Of a stretch of DNA of 64,000 bases, positions 1 through 18,425 are shown piece by piece. Within the stretch, counting starts at the first letter, position 1, and each line of letters opens with the position of its first letter. The position numbers and the translations under genes were made by a program. The notes under the pieces are model-generated. The model was not told the origin of the DNA, did not search any database, and saw only the letters and a list, made by a program, of their open reading frames with translations. Source of the stretch: the human T2T-CHM13v2.0 reference genome, Homo sapiens. The stretch is taken from assembly GCF_009914755.1 (NCBI RefSeq), contig NC_060937.1; one strand, given 5' to 3'.

Positions 1-569
1 AAAATGGAAAAACTCTAAAAGATTAATTGCAAGTTGTTTTAAAATATTTCTGAGTATTAAGGAAGGTTGAATCTGATATAGAAACTTTCAAACTAATTTT
101 ACACCTTCTAAATTAAACAAAATTGAACAAAGTTCTACATCCTATATTACACTTACTATTTTCCTCATATTCTTGATGTCATCAGAAAAAATAAAAAAAT
201 AAATCAATTACTATTTTATGTAAAATTCAATCCACAATACTATTAACTTTCTCTCATACAGTGCCAGCTACCACAAAACTATTAATGCACTATATTTTGT
301 TCTGTATTATTCCAACAATTGTTACTTTTTGCAAAACAATTGTAACTAACAAAAATGTCAAATTTCCATTTATGAATAGATTACTAATGTATTCTTTCAT
401 TCACTCACTAAAAAATATTGTATGCAAACCACCCAGTGGTTTGTGTTCCTGGGTTTACAAAACAAACCACAAAGAACATGAGAAGCAAGCAACATAATGT
501 GAAGTTAAACAATGGGCTTTTAATTTAATAATGTTTAATAAAATATAGAATGGAATAAGTCATTTTTAT

Positions 570-675
570 CACTTTGAGTCTCAAGTTATCACCATATAAA
601 TGGGGATAGCAATAACACCTGCTTCATCAATTTTTTCTAAGTCAAATGAAATAATGCAATTGAAATTATTTTGCA
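570..675 (+). repeat. MIR SINE fragment (degenerate)
   Basis: 'ttgagtctcaagttatcaccatataaatggggatagcaataacacctgcttca...aaatgaaataatgca' resembles the MIR core (ctcagtttcctcatctgtaaaatggggataata). Confidence 0.55.
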
Positions 676-777
676 CTTGGTCAAATTTTATAAATATAAA
701 TATTATAATATTTTATAAATATTATTATAACTTTCAGAAAGTTCATAATATATTAGAAGAAGTTAGACAAGTATATA

Positions 778-1040
778 CAGTCTGGCCTCTGTATCTGTGG
801 TTCCATATCTGCTAATTCAACCAACCATGGATAAAAAATATTTGGAAAAAAATAAATTCCACAAAGTTCTAAAAGCAGAACTTTAATTTGCAATGCACTT
901 ATGACTACATTAAATCCACGCAAATTAAGTGGTGGATTAATTGGCATGGATTTATTGTATTAGGATATTATAAGAAATCTAAACATAATTTAAAGTATAT
1001 GGGAGGATGTGCATAGGTTGTATGCAAATATTATGCACCT
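778..1040 (+). mobile_element. Tigger3-type (TcMar) non-autonomous DNA transposon, 3' end missing
   Basis: Begins after TA with 'cagtctggcctctgtatctgtggttccatatctgctaattcaaccaaccatgga' and contains 'tttaaagtatatgggaggatgtgcataggttgtatgcaaata', as in Tigger3 derivatives. Confidence 0.7.
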
Positions 1041-2859
1041 GAAATATTTCCCCTTTATTTAGTTTCTATTGTTGCACTGAAGTCACAATGTGGAGCTGGA
1101 TCTTATCTACACAAAGAACAGTGATGCAGCTTTGATTTGCCTTGTTCTTTGTAATAACCTCTCTTTCTCTCAGACTCTGGCATTTGATTGAATGGAGTTA
1201 GATCAGGAGATAATCTGAGAGGCTATCCAATCAACATGCTTATAGTGTTCCTTCATCTCTCCACACAAAGACTGAAGTGTTCTCGGTCAAGGAGCTGGCT
1301 GTGGAGCCACATTGTCACCTCAGTTTTCCTTTCTTACTCGAATGTACTTTGTGCAAATCAAGGAGAGGTGGCAAACTGGTCAAATCTGCTGGCCAAATCC
1401 TTTTATTGTCCATGGCCCTAATATGTAACAATGGTCTGTGGCCTACCATGATGATCTTATTTTTCCAAATGACTCCATTTTCAGAAAATAATCACAGGCA
1501 TTACCTTCTGGGAAGGCATGAGGTAGGCTTACCTGCTTTGTATAATAAATGTAAACATGGATTAAATTATTACCTTACATCTTTTAGAAATGTTCAAAGG
1601 AATTTTTTTTTAATTTTGGATATGATTATAAAATGAATGAATTATCCGGGAAGCACTAAACACTCAGTACAGAGAAAAAACATATTCTGGTTTATAGCAG
1701 TAAAAGTTTACATAGAATTTAAATGTATTTAGTGTAATATTAATTATCATTATCATTCCCCCACCCAATCATAGTATTGATTAAGTCTCTATTCAGGACT
1801 TAGTACTTCTACCCTGATTTTGTTCTCGTGTTCTTTTTTGTGTTAAATTCCTAGCTACGTTCCTTTCAATTAGGTTGACAGCCCCTAAATATCAGGACAA
1901 AACATAAATTGTAGAGTATAATCAGTCAGTTAGAAATGTCTGTAAAATGCAATACTTTTTTCATAGCTACCCACTTTATCAACTGTATTTCTGTTTATCT
2001 TTTCATCTCAAAGTCTATTCAAAATTATGATTGTAAAAATCTATACAATATGGGAATTGCAAAGCAAACAGCATTTGAGAGAAATGTGTAATGTCATTTC
2101 AATATATAAACAAACTCAGCTTTTTACAGGAGAGGAGTTTTTGTGTAAGTTCATATATTCAAGAGGTTACAGAACACTTCGTAAGTGAATAATCTCTCTA
2201 GCATCACTACCATTACTAAAAAATTCTTTGTCTCCGGGCTCTTTCCTATCTCACACTAGAAAAATACCACTGAAAGGGAACAGCTTGTCCCTGTGGCTTT
2301 TGAACTTAGCGTAGTCAGATGAGTAAGTACATTTTATGCATGCAGTTAGAGGTTAGTAAAAATAAAGATGTGATGAAATCATGCTGGAATTCCAACCTCT
2401 TGAATTTCCATCCTAGCACTTCTTCGAGTTTATAAGGAAGATATATGAAGAGCGTTTATAGTTTATTTCTATAGGGATTTGGCTACAATCTCCTACACAA
2501 AGTCGTTAATGATGAAAAGCTAGAATGTACCATTATGGACCTAAGTTTTCTTTTGTAGTCCTGGTTTAGAATCAAAGCACTCTTCTGCTCTTTTTATTCT
2601 AGGCCATGCCATTCTTTTACTTGAATAGAAAAAAAAACCATATTTTTTCACTTATCACCAGGTGAAATTTAACACTTCCTTCAATTATGACTATGCACAA
2701 AAAAACCCACAGCTGTATCAGCAAATCTGTCTATATTTACAAATAGATATTATATATTTTTTCCAGTTGTTATAGATATCCCAAAATATCATTTATCACC
2801 ATTTTGATGTCATGGTTGATATTAAACCAGCAACTATATCTTATTATTTAATATGTTAA

Positions 2860-3040
2860 AGAAACAAATATATACCATAATTTAAAAATTATTTTGATAA
2901 GTATATTTTAATATAACTGGCTTCCTTTTTAATCCTGCGTATTTTATTTTATGGATTTAAATGGAAAATTCTAAGAGGTTTATAGGCTGCTCTGAACTCT
3001 TGAAGGGGTTTACAGAACAAAGAAGTTTAAAAACTCTTGT
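2860..3040. mobile_element. hAT-Charlie MITE fragment
   Basis: 'ttcctttttaatcctgcgtattttattttatggatttaaa...gaaggggtttacagaacaaagaagtttaaaaactcttg' resembles the terminus of MER1-type/Charlie MITEs. Confidence 0.45.
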
Positions 3041-3232
3041 TCTACTTTCACGTCCTAATCTTGGTCCACATGGGAGAATAAACTCAAAAAGGGATAAAGG
3101 CCAATAAAAATTACCTAGGTATGATTGAAAGATATTCTCAGAAAGAGGTTACCGACTGAAAATTTGAACAAAAAATTGCAATATCATCCCACATCACACA
3201 AAGAAAAATCCATAACATCATAAATTTGGCTC

Positions 3233-4100
<868 letters not shown>

Positions 4101-4211
4101 TATCTTTATCAGTTCCTCGTAGTGTTACTCTTCATAAAATAGAATGAGGAGAAAGAATTCAGCTCCTTCAAGAGAGACTATTTCTGAGCATAGGTGTGTG
4201 TGAAAGAGAAA

Positions 4212-4255
4212 GTGTGTTTGTGTGTGTTTGTGTGTGTGTGTAAGTGTATGTGTGG
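4212..4255. repeat. Imperfect (TG)n microsatellite
   Basis: gtgtgtttgtgtgtgtttgtgtgtgtgtgtaagtgtatgtgtg. Confidence 0.8.
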
Positions 4256-7200
4256 TATTTTGCAGTAATGCACAATGCTGTCAAATAAATATAAATTGGA
4301 ATTTCATATGAACAACAGAAAAACAAAACCAAGAGCAAGTGGATAAAGAGTTCTTGGGATAAGAAAGACTCAATAAAATGTTGCTTTTTGTTTACTAAAT
4401 TTGATCAAATAAATTACTAAATAAAATAATATGGCTTTGTCAACACATATAGGGTTTTCTGGCAGTCCTTTTTAAGAAAATAATTCCCATTTCTTTTTCA
4501 GTCTGTCTTCAAAAGAAAAGATACGCCATCTAATCTCGATGTAAGCTCTTAATGTACCACAAAAAGCAAATAAATCCAATGTCATTCTTGATTAAATAAT
4601 CACCTTTTCAGGGCAAAGCCAAGAAGTGATTTTCCCCCCTCCCTGCCACGGGAACTGTGACCTAATTCTCATTCCTAATCACAGAATCAAAGGTTAGTAT
4701 TTGAACAACCTGACACTCACTTTAAGTCTTTCTACTTTTCTGCCAAAACTTCAACTTCGTTGACATTCCTTGATTATCCACATTAATGACTGAATCAGCT
4801 ATTTTTGCCCTTGGATATTTCTTGTTCTTTATATTCTGCGCTACATTTTTTCACACAATAGTAATCCCTGATCACAATGTTAGAATTAATAATAAGTTAA
4901 CAACTGATACAGACTGAATGTTTTTTATTTTTCTTGTAATCTTATTTAACCTTATAATCCCATTATTGTTATAATGGCAATTATTTGATTCCAAGAAGTA
5001 ATACATTTATGATGGCTGATGACAAGCAAGTTTAAACTTGAACTTCTTTGAACAAAGACCTTTTTTTCTCCTTTTGTCCAGAAACTAAAATTATATACAC
5101 TTTCCCAAGTCTTCCCTTTGCATAACAAAACACAGAAGTTTCCTTGAAACTGAAATTTGGCATCATAGTTAATTTTTTCTGTACTTTGAGAATTGCCCTC
5201 TGGATAACTTAAGAGAGAAGAGGGTGGGGAAAGAGAGCCATTATGTTTTGTGTCTCCTCAGTGTAAATTAAGTTGCTGGTTTTGGGTCTAAAGGGGGCAT
5301 GCATTTCCATGATAAAGGGAGAGATCTGTTTCGATTCAGGAATACAAATGGTTAAAAACAAGATAAAGCTATTACCTACTCTAGGACTCTACTTCTGCAG
5401 AGAAAACTCCTGGGTACTTCTAATAAGAAAGATACACTGGAGCTTCCTGACAGGAACAGAGTGAGCCTTTGTTAGTCCTGGACTTTTCTGTCACTCACTT
5501 ATAGATAATATCAAGCACTGTGGCAGAGACAAGGTATATATGACTGCTACTTAGACAGTGGGAATGCTAAGCCTCTAATTGAATTTCTCTCTGAGAAAAA
5601 GACATTTTCTTGGGGGAAAAGTAACATTTTGTCAAGTAAAAATGATCTGCTAATTGTTGTAGAAAATTTCTCAGTTTTTATATAATTGATCTTAGTTTTA
5701 TACTTAAGTCTCATTACCCTCTCCACATTATCCATTTGCAGCTTCTTTACAGTATGTTTGTGCTTGCTAGAGTAAAAGTAGACTTTTTTTTTTTTTTTTT
5801 TAGTTTCTAGAATCTTATTCATGGAAAATCTTCATCTAAGTGGTGGAGTTTTCACATTTAAAATGCCACCTAACAAAATGTTACAAGTATTGTTTTACTG
5901 CTGTCTTCCTAATTATTCATGTATGTCTATGTGTATAGAATCACAATCACTTATACTTGTTAATGTCAGGTATAAAATGTTGAAATTCTATATTGTCACT
6001 CTAGATGCACAGTCAAATGCACTATTTTCAAGGCGCACTGAATACACGTAGCTTTTCTTTTGCCTGGAGGCATAGAAGGTACACAGTTTCTTCATCATCT
6101 GTTTAACTCCAAACCTTTTCTGAAAATTGAAACTTTCTACTTTGCATATGTGTCTTTATTTCCCTCCTTCTGTTTATTGATATGATTGATTTTACATTCC
6201 GGTTACGTTACTTTACAGGAAAATATAGACAGATAAAAATTGCGACTCCCTTGTGTTTGAAGATCGGTTCATCACAGAAGGAATAATGGCTTCTGTTTTG
6301 TGTGAAAACTCATGTAAAGGCATCTTGTGCGAGTTTAATATCAGTAAGGGTGGATGAGTCATTTTGTTATATTTGTGTATGAGATAAACACTATTAGGAT
6401 TTAAGATTAGTGGAAATTGTGAAAGTACAGCAAATAAGCAAGGATTTCTTTTTTCTTATTTTTTTCAAATATTTTATGTTTTGAACAGAGTTACTGAAAA
6501 GAGACAAATCCAAATGCCTGTAAAAGTGAGAATTTTCCACATGTTCTCCCAAGATATGGTGACAAAAAATAAACATCCATTAATAGCTAAAGCTTAATTT
6601 TATTTTTTCCTCTAGATAGAATACAATGAAGATGATGATTTATAAATGAATATATCTACCATTAATTTTATATGACTATAAAGAAAATTACTAGTTAAAT
6701 TTAGTACCAGTTGTTTTAAACTCATCTCTCTTTGCAGCCCCAGAAAATGACATCTACTTTTTCTAGCTCTAGTGTGTGTACGAGAATCTGTCAATCATTT
6801 TGCAAGATGTTTTATATTTAAGTGTATCTGTCAGGAAGTCCTATTCAAGATCCATTGGAGTTATTCTGGGCAAACAATTGAAGTAAATCCTTTTGGAAAT
6901 ATTAAAAGTAATTACTAAGCCCAAAAATGTCTGTGCAAATTTGAAAAATGAAAAGTAAATTTTGGAAATATATTGTCAAATCACAATCTATTTAAAGGTT
7001 AAAAAAATATGTTTTTGAGAGGTTATTTTAATATTTTAAGTGGTATAAAAATGATGATTTTTCTTTTTTATTCTCAAGGAGAAATTTATTTCAATGAGCC
7101 AATCTGAAAGAGCTATTTGCCAAATGGCTTTCTTTCCAATACTTAATGAAAAGATGCATTTTGTACTACTTTCAAAAAGGTAAAGATTTTTTAAAAAATA

Positions 7201-7787
7201 TCACCCATTCCTTTGCTTAATATGCCAGAGTGATTTTGATTGCTTTTGAAATTCTAAAAATGATAGATAAATTAGAGTCATGCTTTTTATTATCACGTTA
7301 GATGGACCTTAGTTTCTATACTCTTTTCTTCAAGGTAGATAGAAGAATACTGAGGCATGATCAAGAACTTATTAAAAAAAACTTAAATGCTCTACTTAAC
7401 AAGTAATTAAACTGTTTAAAAAGACAAAAAATGCCTGTAATACTGCTTTTTTAAGTGTGTGAAAACTATTTGTAAAATAAATTACATTTACAATACAAAT
7501 TTAATTGTATTATTTTAATATATATAAAGCTATAAAGACAGGAGGCAATAACAGGTTATAAATGCTTTAAAATCTCAAAATTCTACATTTTCAACTTTCT
7601 TTTTATTAACCTGCAAAGAGGGATGCTTATGTGAATGTTCCGCCTTCAATTTCCTTAACCTCTCTGTGGATTTTGTTTCTCCCTTCTAAAATGTGTATTT
7701 TAATAATAATCCTAACAATATTTTATCATTTTTAAAAATAGATATATTTCAAAGTGAATTGTAATCTGCAGTGGTAACTATTTATTA

Positions 7788-8084
<297 letters not shown>

Positions 8085-8242
8085 TCAGTCACATATACAA
8101 CTCTTATTGAGTATGTACTGTGTTTTCAACACTAGTTTAGGACCTGATATTAATGTAATTCTGAATTCAGTGTTTCCGATTCTTGAAGACAATATCAGCT
8201 AACTTCAATTCATATTATAATGATGTTGGCCTAGAAGTCACT

Positions 8243-8475
8243 TGTATTAGTTTGTCATTGCTGTATAACAAATTACCACCTACTTAGTGATTTACAAAAA
8301 CACACAGTTATTAGTTTGCAGCCCCTTTATCTTTGACACATAATATAACATAATCATGGCAGTGATATCCCATCGTATTTATAGGTTCTATAACACCCAA
8401 GGAGAAGGGATTATACAGGGTATGCAGAACAGAGGCAGGAAACTTGGGTACATTTTAGAATTCAGCCTACCTATC
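8243..8475 (-). mobile_element. MLT1-family (ERVL-MaLR) LTR, internally deleted
   Basis: 'tgtattagttttgtcattgctgtataacaaattaccac' and 'cattttagaattcagcctacc' match MLT1 termini in reverse orientation. Confidence 0.6.
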
Positions 8476-10832
8476 GCAATATGCCAGGGTCACTTGATTT
8501 GAACTGTAGAGGATGGTGACAAATGTGTCTTATTCACAGAAGGCTATGAGAATAGGCTAGATTTGGAAGGGGAATGAAGAAGAAACAAGTGACATGTTCT
8601 CCATGAAGTAGACACTCTAAGCCTGCTATCACTGAAATGTACTACTTTGACTTTGTAAAATTAGCCAGTCCTGACAATCAGAATATGAAAGGCATGCTGA
8701 ATTACCAAATTATATTGAATATGTCCTGTATTGGTGTTACTCCCTGATATCACAAGACAAGACAAATTGCAATCCAGGGATTTGACTAATGAATGTATCA
8801 AAATAGTTATGATGACATTGGAAAAGAAATAGGATCTCAATATTTTGAGATATTAAGCCAGAGACACATGTACATTGATAATGGCACAAAATTGTCTGTA
8901 TTCATGACTCAGTCCTTGAAAGTTTGTATTACAAAATGAACAATACAATCAATCAACTATTTCTAGTCACTTTATATTTGATTCTTCTGTCACAATGGCT
9001 TTCCTCCTCACTTCTATAACTCAAATTGGAGAACGACTGTCTGCAGTTGTAATATGTAAAAAATAGTCCACATTTTGATGGATCCTTATTACTTATTAAA
9101 TGTTTAATAGACTGCAGGGCTCACGCTAAGATCTGTTTCATTTCCCTTGGTGCATATAGTATTACTTGATAGCGGAAGGATACTATCCATTTTTGGAAAG
9201 TTTTATAAATAGTATTAGGGAAAACTTCAAGATACTTATTATTTTCTCCTATTTAAGTTACACTGAGTTGAATTTACAAGTATAATAACTTTAATGGGGA
9301 AAATTATTAAAGTTAAAGAGAAAATAGTGGAGAGAAAAATCATTACCTGTATATAGAAAACTAAAGAATTAAAGAAACATTTTTCGTGTGTGTGATTTAC
9401 ACTATCTTCAGTGTAATCGGAATAGGGAAAGGTCACAGGGCTCAACAGGTAACCCCCTGCTGCTTTTCTCATCGCTGGTTTCCTGTTCACTCTATACACG
9501 GGTCTCTTCTCTTTTTCTAATACATATTGACTTTCTTATTTCACAAACCCTGTGATATTTTGCACAAGGTTGGTAACCCTGAAGATTTTCTTTCACTGCA
9601 AAACAAAGGGTCATTCTTCTGAAGATGTTTCATATATCCTCATTTTTAAATGTTGTTTAGAAGAGGAAGGAATGCCGTGGTTTAAGGTAACACAATTTTG
9701 TATAAAAATTTCTTTCTTTAAAACCCTAATGCAGGGTTGATAAGGCTTGACCATATGTACTGTGTATATGTGTATACAGTTTAATTATATGTAGAATTAA
9801 TGTTTACCCAACCTAAAGCATGCATGTGCTTGCATACAAATGTGTGCACATGTATGTTCATGTTTGGGCATGCCCTCCCCCACTCCCACACACAGAAACA
9901 CGTGATCACGCACACATATATATATGTGCGTGTAATTCTGTTCATCTTTCATTCCAACCAGGTTTAGGTATACATATATACAGGTTTATATATATACCTA
10001 TACTTGGAATGAACCAACCAATCAACCATCTATTTAATTTGAATTTCAGATAATAATAGAAAATTGTTTACTACAATTTGTATTTTAGATGAACATCAAA
10101 CAATATTTTGGTATATTTCCCAAGCAACATTAGAGATTATTGCTTGCATTATTGCTTTTCCATGCAACACATTAGAATATTTTATTCCATAGTTGGATCG
10201 AATCTCTGTTTATCCTCACTCACCAAAGCCCTCTCTACTAGTTTAGCATGGTATTAAGTGCTACACACGAAACCAAAACAAAACAACTGCAATTGCATCA
10301 TCTTTTGCAAACAACTCAATCTCTTTCATTTTCATTTACCTCATCTGTAAAAGGGGATAATAATACCTGTATATCCAAATTAGAAGTAAAGTAAATTATA
10401 TGTGTATATATATAGCTTTCAATAAGAATTTTCACATAGAAAGTACTCAGTATTTTGTTTTTATAATTTTTTTATATCTTTTTATAAAGATAGCAATGGT
10501 ACTATCTGTTTTTGTTTTGTGAATATCACTGCACCTTAGCCTTTGATCTCTCTGAGAACTAGACCTTAGATTATGATCGGTCTCCTACTTCTGTTCCCAG
10601 AGAGAACTACTATTAAGAGTTACTTTTCAAAATATTGTCTCTGAACATATATGCATATGTACCTAAAATATCTTATAGAAATTAAGTAACGGTATGCTCA
10701 GTTGTGGGCCTTGCTTTTTCTTCACTCGATGTGTATCTTGAAGATCTTTCCATATAAGCACACATAATTCTATTATTCTGAATTACTGCATAATATGCCA
10801 GTACATTAATATAGCATACTTTATTATTATTA

Positions 10833-11037
10833 TTGAGAGAGACAAGGTCTCACCCTGTTGCCCAGGCTAGAGCACAGTGAGTAATCACAGCTCACTGCAG
10901 CCTCAATCTCCCAGGCTCAGGGGATCCTCCTGCTTCAGCCTTCTGAGTGGCTAAGTCTACAGGCACAGGCCACCATGACTGGCTAATTATTTTTTTTCTC
11001 TTTTGGTCGAATAAAATAAAAATGTTACCCAGACTGG
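10833..11037 (-). mobile_element. AluJ fragment
   Basis: 'gagacaaggtctcaccctgttgcccaggctagag...cacagctcactgcagcctc...gatcctcctgcttcagcc' with an (ATT)n tail. Confidence 0.85.
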
Positions 11038-11702
11038 ATAATATACTTTATTTAAACTGATTTGTAATGATGGACATTTAGGTCTTTTACAGTAATTTGC
11101 TATTATAAATGTTTTGACAGGAAATATTTTTGTTTATATATCTTTATTCACAAGAAAATGTATCCGTAAATTCAATTCTTAAAGTTTAATTATTGGATTT
11201 AACAGTATACAATTTATGTTGTTGCCAGCCAAGTATTATGATAAGATAATAGACACATTTTATAAATCCCTCATTTTCTGCAAATAAAATTCCTTAGCTT
11301 GTAGGCTTGTTTTATTACTGCCTCAACAGCATATAAACAAATACACATATACCGTCTTCCTAGTATTTTTGGAAAAGCTACTCAAATGCCGTTAATTATG
11401 TGATTGCTTGTATATAACATCACAGATTTTACTTTTATTACTGTTTACTTAATTTAATGGTTACTTAACTAAACACTATTACTTATTTTAAGCATTAAAT
11501 GTGTATGTCTATTCATTTAATATATATGCCTATATGAAAGGAACAATATAGAGTACTAATGTGCAAAAAGGGACTTGAGTCAATAACTTAAATTCTCCAT
11601 GCATTCTAAGCCTCAGTTTTCTTATTTTTAAAGGGAATAAGGATTACTTTTCAAGGTGACAGACTTAGCCTTTCCTTAATCTTTGCGTTCTCTTCCTCTT
11701 AG

Positions 11703-12792
<1,090 letters not shown>

Positions 12793-13248
12793 TCACATTA
12801 AAAGATTCAAAAAGATATTAAAACATATATATTACCGTATTCTTAAAAAAAAAAAAAACCTGCTATGTAAGCCAGTTTTTACTAGAATACAGGAGGTTAC
12901 ATAGACTAGAACTTTCTGAAAAGAGTGGAAAAGTCTGTATCTTTAATGTTGGAGAAGAGAAAGGCAGAACATAGCTTGGGTGACTCTACACTTCCAATAT
13001 CCAAAAGAATATAGATGTATATAACTTTATAAGGCATACAAACTATTAAAATACTCTACCAGGAGAAACAGTATCATTACTTAGGAAATAATTATGTGGA
13101 TCAAAAGCATGTTTACTTATTTCCAATTCACAATCCCAAAAGGAAGCCTATCTGTTAATAAGCTCTCTCCATTTGCACTGAACCTACAGTTTAGTACATA
13201 TTCATCCAGAAAGTACAATGAAAATTCAACAAAATAATGCATTGCGAA

Positions 13249-13696
13249 AGTGAAAGGAAAGTAAATCTTGAGGCCCCCAAATCATTAAGCTAAAGGGAAA
13301 AGTCAAGCCGAGAACTGCTTAGAGCAAACCCGTCTCCCATTTATTCAAAGTCATTCCTCTGCTCGCTGAGATAAATAAGTATCTAATTGCCTCCTTTGGA
13401 AAGGCTAATCAGAAAATCAAAAGAATGCTACTGTTTATCTCTCACTTACCTGTGACCTGGAGGCCCCCTCCCTGTTTCAAGTTGTCCCGCCTTCATGGAC
13501 AGAGCCAATGTACATCTTACATATATTGATTGATGTCTCATGACTCTCTAAAATGTATAAAACTAAGCTGTGCCCCGACGACCCTGGGCACAGGTCTCAG
13601 GACTTCCTGAGGCTGTATCATGGGCACGTGTCCTCAACCTTGGCAAAACAAACTTTCTAAATTAACTGAGACCTGTCTAAGATATTTGGGTTCACA
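13249..13696 (+). mobile_element. MER4A1-type ERV1 solo LTR
   Basis: 'gtgaaaggaaagtaaatcttgaggcccccaaatcattaagctaaagggaaaagtcaag...actgagacctgtctaagatatttgggttcaca'. Confidence 0.8.
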
Positions 13697-13699
13697 CAA

Positions 13700-14740
<1,041 letters not shown>

Positions 14741-15353
14741 ACAGGGAGAGTTTAGCAATAAATAAAAGGTAACCAGGCTAAGATAAGCTTACATGTACAA
14801 AGTTTTATTATTATCACATAGCATATACCTGTTGGAAAATGGCGCCTCCTTAGCCATCATGCATGTCTTCACATCTGCCATATGGGCACAGCTAAGCCAC
14901 AGGCTTCCCCATCTCTTGGCAGAACACTGTGTGTTGCTTCCTGGAATATGGCGATCTGAGCAGTCTTCCCAGGAGCTGTACACAGATGTTTTACGTATAC
15001 CTTCCTGTTTCTAGTCAGATATGGAACATTCCACCATATCCATCATTTAGCTGAAAACCTCCCTTACTAACTTCTTGGTCTCCTCTGCCATCTGGCCCCT
15101 CTGGTTCAGAGACATCCTGTGGGATGTAGGAAGCCAACATGACACTGATCTTGCTTATGTTATCTGTGTAAGTTACAAACTGCCCAAACCCATTTGGGCT
15201 CATTGTCATTTTACTGACCAAATCCATGAGAGTGTGGCAAGCCAATCTCTAGCAGCTATGTCAGAGTTAGACAGCACATTTGCTGCTTAGCCACTTGCAA
15301 ATAGAAGTTTAGCATCTGAATAATGTTAAAAGAGATGCAGGCTCACTGTTTAA

Positions 15354-15677
<324 letters not shown>

Positions 15678-17796
15678 TGTTTTCTGTTTGTTTGTTTCAG
15701 TCTTTGCTCTATTTGTATTGGCTTCTGTCCTCATTCTTGTTGCCTCATGGTCACATGATGGCTTTAACTGCTCCAGACAGTTTCACAATTAATGTACAAG
15801 AGATTAAGGGGGTTGCATAGGGCAGCTTACATGACATCAGCCGAGTTTTTTTTTTAATTTGCATGTCTTTAGGAGACATTTTTTTTCTTGATATGTCCTT
15901 CTGTTAGCAGAATTTCACTTAGGTTCACCAGATGCGATTGTGTTTCTTAGCCATTCATAGCTGTCAGGAAGCTGAGAATTGAGGACTGAGACCGAATTTC
16001 ACTCTCCTAAGGCTTTATATTAGAGGCTGACAAGGAAACCTGGAGCTGGGAAAGAGTATTAAGTAAACCAGTCATACTCTTTGGAAAAACCAAATTAGAT
16101 TTAAGGTAAAAAAAAATAAAGACAATTTCAGGCACACACACACAAAAACTCAGAAAATCTACCTTTCACAGACTATGCCTAAAGAAAAAATTACTTGATG
16201 ATATACATATATTGAAAAAAAAAAACTTTAAAAGGCAAACAACAAAAAGGGGAGGAAGTTCTGGAATTAAAGCAACATTAAACCAAACCCAGGAGTAGAA
16301 GTTTTTTAAATGTGGAATGTTAAAAGGTGGCAGAAAATAAGAGGTCTGAAAACAATATTGCCAAAAGTGTGCTGTATTACAGTTAAAGGAAATTTATAAT
16401 TTTATGATGACTACAAATCAAATATTTTCTATAAATAAGGTGAAAAAGTAATCTAAAACTCTAACTAAAATAAAAGCTGTTCAAAAAGCCTTATTCCATC
16501 TATGCCAAAAAATGTAGTGCAACTTTTAAGCAATCAAGACACATACACTTACTGATATAATTTTGTTTTTTTCTTTATGAGTTCAATTATATAATTTGAA
16601 CTTGAAGTAAAAAGTAGTAACTTAAGCATGATATTGTGAATCTTGTATATTGCTTTTTAGTTTGTTCAATCAACATACAGAAAAAAAAAGACTGAATTGT
16701 AATTGAAGCATGTGAATACTATAAACTTGAATAATGCAAAAGAACAGTATATTCAACATAAATCAGGAGACACTAGGAGACATGAATCATGTATAGAGTT
16801 TCAATAAATACTTTCTATAATTAACACATCAAGGATGAGTTTTACATATATATAGTCAGGTGAAAGACAAACTAATGAACAGAAACAAAAATTTGGAGGC
16901 TAATTTGGAAGGAATTACAACAGGCAGGACAAATTCTCTAATACTCTTATTTCTTATGTTGGGAGATCAATACATTTTATCTAAATACAATCAAATAAGT
17001 AGACAAAGTATAGGCATAATATTTAATATTTTCTTGATAGCTATAAAATGACCTAAAAGCATAAATGGTAAAAGTTAGTGAACTCAGTAAGGTCCTGGAT
17101 ATTTTATCACTGAATAAAGTAGCCTACTGAATGGGCTACTTTTTAAATTTTACTGTTTTGTTTCCCTAGTTCATTACATTTAAGATGGTGCAAATCAAAC
17201 GTATGATTTTTTACAAATTCAAAAAAGAAAATGCTGCAAATTAAACTGTTTTAATTCATTACTAAAATTTAAAATTTTAATTTTATACTTTGAAAGAGTT
17301 CTGTCAGACTTACATATATATATATATATGGAGAGAGATTATTTTTAAGCATACATCACCATAGTGAATAACTGAATGAAAAACATAAGTGAAATAAATT
17401 GGTTTAGGTATTTTTAAAGTTTTTTATATGAAGAGATTGAATCACTGTTCCTCTCGGTTTTACTAATGTCTATGTTTTTTTTCCAAAATATATTCTCTAT
17501 TGAACTACCAACAGAGTTAAAGATACATAATTTTCTTCAAATATTGCTCTGCTGTGTCTCCAAAACTTTCTTCTATGAGATGGACACTGATTCTACAAGG
17601 TTTGTTGCTCATACTCCATTTGTCTTACTGGTGTGTGTCTATGTAAGATTTTTTAAAATATAAACAACTCATATTCCTTTCTTAGGTAGTTCTCAAATAG
17701 TTTGTTGATAGAAATCTTGATCTATCAGTTGTATTATAATGTCACAAAGAACAGTGACATCTACTCATGTTCAAGCAGTGATATATTTGTCATGTA

Positions 17797-18425
17797 TTTA
17801 TTTTTAATTTTTTAAAACTTTTATTGTGGGTTTACGGGTACATGTGTGGATTTGTTATATAGGTAAACTGTGTGTCTTGGGAGTTTGATTTACAGATTAT
17901 TTCATCACACACGTAATAAGCATAGTGTACTGTAGATATTTTTCCTGATCCTCTCCTTCCTCCCAATCTCCATCCTCTAATAGGCCCCAGTGTCTGTTGT
18001 TCTCCTCTATGTGTCCATGTGTGTTCCCATTATTTAGCTCCCACTTATAAGTGAGAACATGTAGTATTTGGTTTTCTGTTCCTGTGTTAGTTTCCTTAGG
18101 ATAATGGCCTCCAGCTCCATCCATGTTGCTGTAAAGGACATGATCTCATTCTTTTTTATGGCTGCATAGTATTCCATGGTGAATATGTACATTTTCTTTA
18201 TCCAAGTCTACTGTTGATGGTCATTTAGGTTAATTCCACATCTTTGCTATTGTAAACAGTTATGCAATGAACATAATAGTACATGTGTCTCTATGGTAGA
18301 ATGATTTATATTTTTGGGGGTATATACTCAGTAATGACATTAATTGGTAGAGTGGTAATCCTGTTTTAAGTTATTTGAGGAATCACTGTGCTGCTTTTCC
18401 CAATGGCTGAACTAATTTACACTCC
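17797..18425 (-). mobile_element. L1PA (older, PA13-16-like) 3' end
   Basis: T-rich tail, 3'UTR 'gtacatgtgtggatttgttatataggtaaact...ctcccacttataagtgagaacatg', runs into the ORF2 C-terminus. Confidence 0.9.
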
